From contig CBFDDP010000002.1 in NCBI GenBank assembly GCA_965603595.1, positions 847 to 64,846 on the forward strand: 64,000 nucleotides of DNA. The letters run 5' to 3'. The DNA is from an uncultured bacterium. Its GTDB lineage: Bacteria > Spirochaetota > B62-G9 > DRHN01. Below, one piece after another: positions 56,666 to 64,000 of the stretch. How positions within the stretch are numbered: position 1 is the first letter of the stretch; each line of letters begins with the position of its first letter. The notes beneath the pieces were generated by a model. That model was not told where the DNA came from and made no database searches. It was given only the letters and a program-made list of their open reading frames with translations. The position numbers and the translations under genes were made by a program.

Positions 56666-59320
56666 ATGGCCATGCAGACCCCACTGATGGAACAGTACAC
56701 CCGGATCAAGCGGGAAAACGATGACTCCGTACTCCTCTTCAGACTGGGTGATTTCTACGAGATGTTCGAGAAGGATGCGGTGTACGCCTCGAGGGTCCTC
56801 AACATTACACTCACCAACCGAAACGGCATTCCAATGTGCGGTTTTCCCTTTCATGCTGCTGACACCTACATTGCAAAACTGCTGGGAGAGGGCAACAGAA
56901 TAGCTATTTGTGAACAGACAGAAGACCCCTCTCATGCGCGTGGTATTGTTAAACGGGAGGTCGTGGAGATTATTTCACCGGGTATTATTACCGATCCTGA
57001 GCTTCTGGACAACAAGAGCGCGAACTGCATCGCAGCGCTTCTCGGTACTGAGAGTAAGGGAGAACGGAAACTTGCAGTCGCATCGCTGGATGTTTCCACC
57101 GGTGAGTTTGTGTCGAGTCTTATCCGCGATGGAGATGTGATTGACCATGTGCTGAATGAAATCGAGGAGAACGGCATACGGGAAATCATCTATCCCGAAT
57201 CCCTCGATGAAGGGTCACTGCTGTCTGGAATTTTGGGCGGGGTCAGGAAGATGTATGCCGATGTGGTATTCCGCTCGAGGGAGGATCATCTCTTCAACGC
57301 TACGGATGCAGAGAGGTCACTTAAAAAGCATTATGCAGTTAAGAATACGGATGTATTCGAGCTGCGAGATAAGCTGGAAGTCACGGCCTGTGGTTCGCTG
57401 CTCTCATATGTGATGCAAAATGTCAAGCAGGAACTGAGGCATGTGCAGTGGGTGAGAGGTATTCAAAGAGAGCGGGCGCTGTTCATTGACAATGCCACGA
57501 AAAAACATCTGGAACTCACGCAGAATCAAACAGACGGCGGTAGTGCAGGGACTCTTCTCCACATCCTGGATCGAACCCAAACGGCAATGGGTGGACGCCT
57601 CATGCGCAGGAATCTGAGCAGCCCCTTCGGTACGAAAGAGCAGATTCAGGAACGGCTGCAAAAGGTATCCTTTTTCTATAAAAGAGGAGAAGCGGCGTCA
57701 TCAGCCAGGTCCTACCTTGCATGCATACTGGATATCGAACGCATCGTGTCCAAACTCTCGGTGGCAAAGGGGAATGCCCGTGATGCAATCGGATTGAAGG
57801 ATTCACTTCGTGCTGCTGCCGGGATGCGGGATGGGTTGACTGCTGTGGGTACGGAGCTCTTCCAGAGGGAACTGGAGGGGCTGGGCAATTTCAGTGGAAT
57901 CATCGACCTCATCGAAAAAGCAATCGATGCTGCACCGCCATTGAGTGTACATGAGGGGCGGATAATTCGGGATGGCTATGATGAACAGCTCGACAGGTAT
58001 CGAAGGCTTGGGCGTGAGAACAGGGAATGGATAAACAGGTATCAGCTGGAGGAACAGCGTCGACATGGCATTGCATCACTGAAGGTGCGGTACAACAAGA
58101 TCATTGGCTATTATATCGAGGTCACAAAACCAAACCTGCACCTGATACCCGCACACTATATCAAGAAACAGACCCTCGTCAACGCGGAGCGTTTTACGAC
58201 CGAGGAACTGGAGGAACATGAGACGCTTCTCATGGAGGCCAGGGACAAATCGGACACACTTGAGTACGAACTTTTCGAAAATATTCGAAGGGAAATCCTG
58301 CAGCATATGGAAAGGCTGTATCGGGCCGCGGAGGTGATTGCTTCTGTAGATGTGTGTGTAACTCTTGCAACTGGGGCCAAGGATAACGATTATACCGAGC
58401 CGGAAATAGTAGAGGAAAACATCATTGACATTGAAGGGGGGAGGCATCCCGTTGTGGAGGCCCTCGGTGAGGAGGCATTCATTGCCAATGACCTTGTCCT
58501 CAACGACAGTGACCGTCGTATCATGATTCTCACCGGACCAAATATGGCCGGTAAATCGACCTTCCTCAGACAGGCGGCCCTCATTATCATAATGGCGCAT
58601 ATGGGAGGTTATGTGCCGGCCAGACGAGCCCGCATAGGACTTGTCGATCGTGTATTTTCCCGAATCGGTGCCACTGACCGGCTCATCAAGGGCGAATCCA
58701 CCTTTCTTGTGGAGATGATCGAAACTTCGCGCATCCTCCACTATGCAACGGAGCGAAGCTTCATCATAATGGATGAGATCGGGCGTGGCACATCCACCTA
58801 TGACGGCCTTTCGATCGCCTGGGCAGTCCTCGAGTATCTGCTCGACGATACGGTTGGGGCGAAAGTACTGTTCGCCACTCATTATCATGAAATTACGGCC
58901 TTGAGAGATCGCTACGGTATTGTCAATTGCAATGTGACTGTGAAAGAGTGGAACAACAATGTGATTTTCCTGCGAAAAATCGTGCCGGGATCAGCCTCAA
59001 AAAGCTACGGTATAGAGGTCGCACGAATGGCGGGTATCCCTGACAGTGTAATCGAAAGGGCGAAATCCATTCTCAGCAGACTGGAAACAAATTTTGGAGG
59101 ACATATCCCCCTCTTTGTGGGAGAGAGAACCGATAGACCCGGCGGTCTTCAAGGGGATAGGGAAATCACCGATAGGGCGAAGCCCGATACACAGCTCGAC
59201 CTCTTTCCCTCCCCATATGAGATACTCATGAAGGAACTGGGGGAGGTTGATATAGAAAGTATAACGCCTCTTGAGGCGCTCAATATTCTCGATCGGCTGA
59301 AAAGAAGCATCTCAACTTGA
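56666..59320 (+). CDS. mutS: DNA mismatch repair protein MutS.
   Basis: Mismatch-binding N-terminus (GDFYEMF), Walker A GPNMAGKST, DEIGRGTST, and a C-terminal HTH. 884 aa. Confidence 0.95.
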   Translation: MAMQTPLMEQYTRIKRENDDSVLLFRLGDFYEMFEKDAVYASRVLNITLTNRNGIPMCGFPFHAADTYIAKLLGEGNRIAICEQTEDPSHARGIVKREVVEIISPGIITDPELLDNKSANCIAALLGTESKGERKLAVASLDVSTGEFVSSLIRDGDVIDHVLNEIEENGIREIIYPESLDEGSLLSGILGGVRKMYADVVFRSREDHLFNATDAERSLKKHYAVKNTDVFELRDKLEVTACGSLLSYVMQNVKQELRHVQWVRGIQRERALFIDNATKKHLELTQNQTDGGSAGTLLHILDRTQTAMGGRLMRRNLSSPFGTKEQIQERLQKVSFFYKRGEAASSARSYLACILDIERIVSKLSVAKGNARDAIGLKDSLRAAAGMRDGLTAVGTELFQRELEGLGNFSGIIDLIEKAIDAAPPLSVHEGRIIRDGYDEQLDRYRRLGRENREWINRYQLEEQRRHGIASLKVRYNKIIGYYIEVTKPNLHLIPAHYIKKQTLVNAERFTTEELEEHETLLMEARDKSDTLEYELFENIRREILQHMERLYRAAEVIASVDVCVTLATGAKDNDYTEPEIVEENIIDIEGGRHPVVEALGEEAFIANDLVLNDSDRRIMILTGPNMAGKSTFLRQAALIIIMAHMGGYVPARRARIGLVDRVFSRIGATDRLIKGESTFLVEMIETSRILHYATERSFIIMDEIGRGTSTYDGLSIAWAVLEYLLDDTVGAKVLFATHYHEITALRDRYGIVNCNVTVKEWNNNVIFLRKIVPGSASKSYGIEVARMAGIPDSVIERAKSILSRLETNFGGHIPLFVGERTDRPGGLQGDREITDRAKPDTQLDLFPSPYEILMKELGEVDIESITPLEALNILDRLKRSIST

Positions 59321-60715
59321 GGGTATTATGGCGGGTTTTTTAATTTCCACCCTTTTCAGGAGACGGTTAAACTGTGCTCCGCTGTAGAGCTCCAGTGCGC
59401 GTCCCTCGACGAAGTTTAATGCCTCGTCGGTGAACTCCGTATTCGTTATGCAGATCCCAAGCTTCGCTTTCGTTTCCTTCACTTTTTCGTAGAACTCACG
59501 TATTGCCAGCTGACCTACCTTTGAGGTTCCTCTGAAGAATTTGAAAAGAATGGTCATGTTTCTGTGCTTGTAAACTGCCTGTGCGAATATCTCAACAGAT
59601 GAGTCGCGCGGGCTGCCAACACGTATGATCACCACATTTTCGGCGAACTTAACCGCAATATGTCGGCACACTTTCAAAAAGCTGGACTGGGGGGCTGTCA
59701 TATATGCCTTGAGCACATTCGAGTACTTCATCTTTTCATACTTTTCCACCTTGGCACGAACGTCCCTGTAGTTCGGCGAACGAGCGAGGATTCGCTCCCA
59801 CTGTTTGAGGGCATTATGAATATCGCCATGTGCGAGATACACTTCCGCAATCTCATATATGATTTCAAACTTCTTGTCTCTCTGCAGCCCCTCTGATTTC
59901 AGTGCAAGTGTGAGCACCTTCAGTGCATCCGCATACTTCTTGTATGCACTGAGTAGCTTACCTGCTTCCATGAGGCTTACGGCTGTGAACCGCGAGTCCA
60001 CCCTCGCTTTGAGATAGTGTTTCAGTGCATCGTTGTGATTATCAAACTCATTGTGCACCTCGGCGAGATAAAAATGAACTTCGGGGTCCTGTGGGTTCAT
60101 GTTGTGAGCAAGCTTTAATACCCGGAGCGCATCAGCATATTTCTTCAGCTGATAAAAGATGATACCAATCTCCTTGAGTACTGTATAGTTGTCTCTCTGA
60201 ATGGAGAGGGCTTTCTTGAAGTACTTCAGGGCCTCGTTTAGCGCTTTGCGCTGTACTTCCAGCCTTCCGAGCTCTATATAGGGTTCTCCATCATCGGGGT
60301 CCAGCTTTCTTATGACCGTGTATGCCTTGTAGGCTTCATCAACATTACCGAGCTTTTTGTGGCAATCGGCAAGGAGTCCGTATATCTCCTTCTGGTCACT
60401 ATCTTCTCTGCCGCGGCTGTAGGTGAGCAGGTTCTGAAGCTGTACAACTGCCTCGCTATAATTACCGATCTCCATGAGCAGATGGCCAGCCTGTTTCCGC
60501 TTTTCCACGTCAAAGGGGTCTTTCCTGATCATTGCGAGCAATGTCTTTGCTGCATGTTCCTTTGAACCCGTCGCTATGCTCTTATGAATTGAGGATTTCA
60601 GTTTAACTTTTCTGAGGAGACGTATGACGTAGAAGGCACCAAGAAAGATGGCTGTGAAGATTGCAATAAAAACTATGGTAGGTAGCATGTTTCGTCCCAA
60701 CCCTATTGTAAGCAA
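59312..60715 (-). CDS. Membrane-anchored TPR-repeat protein with a C-terminal domain weakly suggestive of a Mrr-like restriction-endonuclease fold.
   Basis: N-terminal TM helix and 7 or more TPR repeats. The C-terminal ~130 aa (..VEIFAQAVYKH..KLGICITNTEFTDEA..) has a low-specificity, Mrr_cat-like pattern. Convergent overlap with mutS. Confidence 0.5.
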   Translation of the reverse strand: MLTIGLGRNMLPTIVFIAIFTAIFLGAFYVIRLLRKVKLKSSIHKSIATGSKEHAAKTLLAMIRKDPFDVEKRKQAGHLLMEIGNYSEAVVQLQNLLTYSRGREDSDQKEIYGLLADCHKKLGNVDEAYKAYTVIRKLDPDDGEPYIELGRLEVQRKALNEALKYFKKALSIQRDNYTVLKEIGIIFYQLKKYADALRVLKLAHNMNPQDPEVHFYLAEVHNEFDNHNDALKHYLKARVDSRFTAVSLMEAGKLLSAYKKYADALKVLTLALKSEGLQRDKKFEIIYEIAEVYLAHGDIHNALKQWERILARSPNYRDVRAKVEKYEKMKYSNVLKAYMTAPQSSFLKVCRHIAVKFAENVVIIRVGSPRDSSVEIFAQAVYKHRNMTILFKFFRGTSKVGQLAIREFYEKVKETKAKLGICITNTEFTDEALNFVEGRALELYSGAQFNRLLKRVEIKKPAIIPSS

Positions 60716-60847
60716 TGGTCAGGGGGCTGTCAATAAAAGTGGTAAAGGGCTGCTAAATACTACAAGAGTCTTGGCGTAGGAAGTGCGTCCTTATAGTGGA
60801 GAGAGGTTGCCAAGGCGTACCAAAGTGGTTACAATAGGTGTGAACCG

Positions 60848-61138
60848 ATGTTTCAATTTCCCTTTACACCTACCGTGTACTTCCACCTGTTTGATCTTGC
60901 ACTCGCGGTCTGTATATATGGAATTTCCATCGTGCTCTTTCTCACCTATAAACGTGGCAAACTGGGGCCGATACTATTCCTGGGACTCTTCATCTTCCCC
61001 CTGCAGTTCAGCATATGGTTTCTTCAGAGCAGGATCAGTCTGTCATTTCCCATGCAGATCGACATACTCGAAGTGTTTTATCTCTTCTTCGTGAAGTTCA
61101 GCGTTCTTGTGACCCTGATTCTTGCCAGACGCACATAG
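60848..61138 (+). CDS. Small hypothetical membrane protein (3 predicted TM helices).
   Basis: ATG start and strongly hydrophobic content. No homology is inferable. Confidence 0.3.
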   Translation: MFQFPFTPTVYFHLFDLALAVCIYGISIVLFLTYKRGKLGPILFLGLFIFPLQFSIWFLQSRISLSFPMQIDILEVFYLFFVKFSVLVTLILARRT

Positions 61139-61275
61139 ATGGCACATTTTTGCAGCTTGGAGGAACCCTTCGGGGGTGGTACCTATGTATGTGCCCCTAT
61201 ATCTTTGAGAAGCGAAAGTTGTATTGACTTTGCAGGGTGAATCCTATATCTTACTATAGGTTTTTGGAGGAGTGT

Positions 61276-61581
61276 ATGTACTGGCTGGTTGAATTGAATA
61301 ATAAACAGTATAAGATCGAAGCGGGTGAACCGGTACTTGTCGATAAGCTCGATGCGAAACAGGACAGTGAAATAAACATCGACAAGGTGCTGCTGATGAG
61401 AGGCGACAAGGATGAGGTCAAGGTCGGAACACCCTATCTGAAGGATGTCAAGCTCAAGGCCAAAATTCTTGGTAATGTAAGCGGGAAGAAGGTTCGGGTT
61501 TTCAAGTATAAACGCCGGAAAGATTACCGAAGAACGATTGGTTCAAGACCTCAGTACACTCAAATAATCGTTCAGGGCTAA
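61276..61581 (+). CDS. rplU: 50S ribosomal protein L21.
   Basis: [17 protein letters not shown]...[27 protein letters not shown] at 61266-61271. The listed ORF start at 61237 is rejected. Confidence 0.9.
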   Translation: MYWLVELNNKQYKIEAGEPVLVDKLDAKQDSEINIDKVLLMRGDKDEVKVGTPYLKDVKLKAKILGNVSGKKVRVFKYKRRKDYRRTIGSRPQYTQIIVQG

Positions 61582-61597
61582 ACAGAGGGACAGTCCC

Positions 61598-61852
61598 ATG
61601 GCACACAAAAAGGGCGGCGGCAGCACAAAAAACAGTACGGACAGCAACTCCAAAAGGCTGGGTGTGAAACGATTTGCCGGTGAAGCTGTTACCGGTGGTT
61701 CAATTCTCGTCCGCCAGCGTGGCACCCGTATACACCCTGGAAAAAATGTGGGAAGAGGCAAAGACGATACCCTCTTCGCAAAAATGGACGGAGTAGTGAA
61801 ATTCGAAACATTCGGACATGGAAAGAGAAGGGTTTCCGTATATTCGGAATAA
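61598..61852 (+). CDS. rpmA: 50S ribosomal protein L27.
   Basis: [12 protein letters not shown]...[10 protein letters not shown] is the L27 signature. Confidence 0.95.
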   Translation: MAHKKGGGSTKNSTDSNSKRLGVKRFAGEAVTGGSILVRQRGTRIHPGKNVGRGKDDTLFAKMDGVVKFETFGHGKRRVSVYSE

Positions 61853-61977
61853 ACCCTATTTTCCCCTTATTCTCACCCCAGAAACATTTTCAACATATCC
61901 GATCTATCCGGCAGTTGGGCTTACCATTTCTTAAAAAAATCGATATTATTATGATGATCTTCAACTTCGGTTAGCCT

Positions 61978-62970
61978 ATGTCGCGTTTTGTAGATGAGGT
62001 CGTTATAACTGTATGTTCCGGAAAAGGCGGAGCAGGGGCTGTTTCATTCAGGCGGGAGAAGTACGTCCCAAAGGGTGGACCAGACGGCGGTGATGGCGGG
62101 AAGGGTGGCGATGTCATCATACGTGTGAGAAGGGATCTTAAGACACTGTACCATCTCAAGGTGAAGGGCCTTATAAGAGCTAAAAACGGTATGCCCGGAA
62201 GGGACAGAAATCGACATGGTGCAGACGGAGGAGACAGCATTGTCAATGTACCTCCAGGTACCGTTATTCTCGATTCCCTGACAGGAAGGACACTCGCAGA
62301 TCTGACCATGGGTGGCGAGTCCTACACTGCTGTGCGGGGAGGCAGGGGGGGCAGGGGTAATACACGGTTTGCGACAGCAACCAACCAGGCGCCGCGTTAT
62401 GCACAGGGCGGCGAACCTGGCAGTGAGATCGTACTCACTCTCCACATCAAGGTCATTGCCGACATCGGGCTCGTGGGCCTTCCCAATGCTGGTAAATCCA
62501 CGCTTCTCTCTGTGATCACCAATGCTCGACCGAAAATTGCAGGATATCCCTTCACCACCCTTACCCCAAACCTTGGTGTCATGCAGTATGGGGACAGGAG
62601 TGAATACATCATTGCCGATATTCCCGGACTAATCGAGGGGGCAAGCTCAGGCCAGGGGCTTGGTATCCGGTTTCTCAAACATATAGAACGTACAAAAATA
62701 CTGCTTTTCCTTCTCGATCTCTTTGAGGAAAACTATGAGGAGCATTACCGGACCCTCATGGCAGAGTTGAAGAGCCACTCAAACATGCTGATCAACAAAC
62801 CTCGCCTTGTCGTGGGAACAAAGCTCGATGTTGTGGATGACGATCGTGTGGAGGCCTTTTTCTCCTCCGCTATCGAGGGAAGGAAGGTTGCCATATCATC
62901 GGTCATGGGAAGGGGTATCGATGAGCTGAAGGATGCGATTGTGCATCTCATGGAGGATCTCGGTGAGTGA
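61978..62970 (+). CDS. obg: GTPase Obg/CgtA.
   Basis: Gly-rich Obg fold (GGDGGKGGDV) and G-domain motifs GLPNAGKST and DIPGLIEGA. Confidence 0.9.
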   Translation: MSRFVDEVVITVCSGKGGAGAVSFRREKYVPKGGPDGGDGGKGGDVIIRVRRDLKTLYHLKVKGLIRAKNGMPGRDRNRHGADGGDSIVNVPPGTVILDSLTGRTLADLTMGGESYTAVRGGRGGRGNTRFATATNQAPRYAQGGEPGSEIVLTLHIKVIADIGLVGLPNAGKSTLLSVITNARPKIAGYPFTTLTPNLGVMQYGDRSEYIIADIPGLIEGASSGQGLGIRFLKHIERTKILLFLLDLFEENYEEHYRTLMAELKSHSNMLINKPRLVVGTKLDVVDDDRVEAFFSSAIEGRKVAISSVMGRGIDELKDAIVHLMEDLGE

Positions 62971-63559
62971 AAGACTTGGGATTTTTGGGGGGACCTTCAA
63001 TCCAATACATATTGGCCATTTGCGGCTTGCCGAAGATGTGCGCGAGCAATTTTTCATAGACCGCATACTCTTTATACCGACCAATAATCCTCCCCATAAA
63101 TCGCTGGAGTACAAGATCGATCCCCGGCATCGCCTGCATATGGTAAATATTGCCATTCAGGGAAACGACGCATTCTGCTGTGAGGATGTGGAGCTTGGGC
63201 GGGGCGGAAACTCCTATACTATAGACACAGTCGAGTATATCTATGCACATTACCAGTTCGAGGACAGGCCCTACTTTATACTCGGTTCCGATCTGATGCC
63301 GGAACTTCCCACCTGGAAGGATGTGGAGAGGCTGGTTGAGCTGGTGCACTTCATCGTATTGGTCCGGGCCAATTATCCATTTGCTAGCGGGAAGAGTAAT
63401 GATATAATAGGCTTGAAATACAGCCTCTACGAGGGCAGAAAAATAGAGATAAATTCTTCGGAAATACGGGATCTGATGCGGAAGGGCGAGAGTGTTCGTT
63501 ATCTCGTGACAGATCCCGTACTTGAATATATAGAGGATAATGGACTCTACAGACAGTAA
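62963..63559 (+). CDS. nadD: Nicotinate-nucleotide adenylyltransferase.
   Basis: GIFGGTFNPIHIGH (HxGH nucleotidyltransferase motif). A GTG start at 62963 is preferred; the listed ORF runs from 62933. Confidence 0.85.
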   Translation: MSERLGIFGGTFNPIHIGHLRLAEDVREQFFIDRILFIPTNNPPHKSLEYKIDPRHRLHMVNIAIQGNDAFCCEDVELGRGGNSYTIDTVEYIYAHYQFEDRPYFILGSDLMPELPTWKDVERLVELVHFIVLVRANYPFASGKSNDIIGLKYSLYEGRKIEINSSEIRDLMRKGESVRYLVTDPVLEYIEDNGLYRQ

Positions 63560-64000
63560 GGCTGAAATCCAGAAACGGGTGCGGGAGCTTCTCAGCCGAG
63601 AACGGTACGAGCACACCCTCGGCGTCTGCGATACTGCAGAGAGTCTCGCACGCCAGTACGGCTGTGATGTCGGGAAGGTAGTAAAATCAGCACTCCTTCA
63701 TGATATAGCCCGTGATTTTTCCGAGGATGAGATGCAGCGTGTGATCCGACAGGATGAACCGGATGCTGTTTTTTCCGAAACATTTCAGCATGAACCGCTG
63801 CTCCTCCATGCACGTGCAGGTGCGGTAGTTGCAAGGAATCAGTTTGGTATTGATGATAGGGAAATCCTTCGCGGTATTGAGCTCCATACAACGGGCGGCC
63901 CCGACATGGGCCTGCTTGAGCGAATTATTTTTGTGGCGGATTTCATTGAACCGGGAAGAACCATGCGTGGTGTGAAAAAGGCACGGCAACTAGCTCGGGA
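63540..64000 (+). CDS. yqeK: HD-domain hydrolase YqeK (bis(5'-nucleosyl)-tetraphosphatase-like). The 3' end lies beyond the window.
   Basis: ATG at 63540. The frame is open to the window end. LLHDIARDFS is an HD motif. Canonical position after nadD. Confidence 0.6.
   Translation, partial: MDSTDSKAEIQKRVRELLSRERYEHTLGVCDTAESLARQYGCDVGKVVKSALLHDIARDFSEDEMQRVIRQDEPDAVFSETFQHEPLLLHARAGAVVARNQFGIDDREILRGIELHTTGGPDMGLLERIIFVADFIEPGRTMRGVKKARQLAR

Noticed and set aside
61139-61275. A possible L21-leader-type regulatory RNA upstream of rplU (CCC-TTCG-GGG tetraloop hairpin at ~61165-61180).
   Set aside because: The known L21 leader is a Firmicutes element. Here there is only a short hairpin plus a plausible TTGACT/TATATC promoter, which is insufficient to call an autoregulatory structure.

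Overview
This 64 kb window is a chromosomal segment of a Gram-negative bacterium at roughly 52% GC. It is densely packed with housekeeping genes on both strands. I saw no rRNA, tRNA, CRISPR array, transposase or integrase.

Gene content, in order:
- An LpxB C-terminal fragment.
- A sugar-type ABC transporter: binding protein, permease, a single-NBD ATPase, and a second permease.
- A stand-alone trpB2 gene, preceded by a 19-codon leader ORF that contains four consecutive Trp codons plus an attenuator.
- A GAF histidine kinase, ligA, a class II aldolase, and alr.
- Two tandem cNMP-binding GGDEF cyclases (one with a degenerate RGDEF motif) and a DHH/DHHA1 phosphoesterase.
- acr3 and arsC without arsR.
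- A complete trpE-trpGD-trpCF-trpB-trpA operon on the minus strand, with its own Trp-rich leader peptide and attenuator.
- An MBL hydrolase, dtd and an EF-G paralogue.
- A repeat-bearing intergenic region, then an HtrA-like protease with PDZ.
- metK, murI, a SurA-like PPIase, nusB and TPR proteins.
- A signalling cluster: an RsbW-kinase/HAMP/PP2C fusion, a STAS antagonist with an extra C-terminal domain, a GAF-adenylate-cyclase-HD-GYP fusion, and a PilZ protein.
- Bactofilin, map, asnS, an M23 peptidase and a PNP.
- A RadC-JAB-DinG helicase fusion, metG, a CapD-like dehydratase, a zinc-ribbon mini-protein, miaB, a TPR-SPOR protein, mutS and a TPR protein with a C-terminal domain weakly suggestive of a Mrr-like endonuclease fold.
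- rplU-rpmA-obg-nadD-yqeK at the end of the window.

The most interesting content is the cyclic-nucleotide and partner-switching signalling neighbourhood at 36.0-43.3 kb, together with the cNMP-GGDEF pair at 12-14 kb. Next are the two classical Trp-codon attenuators, and then the RadC-DinG fusion.

All calls are from reading the sequence and motif knowledge only. No database search was run.
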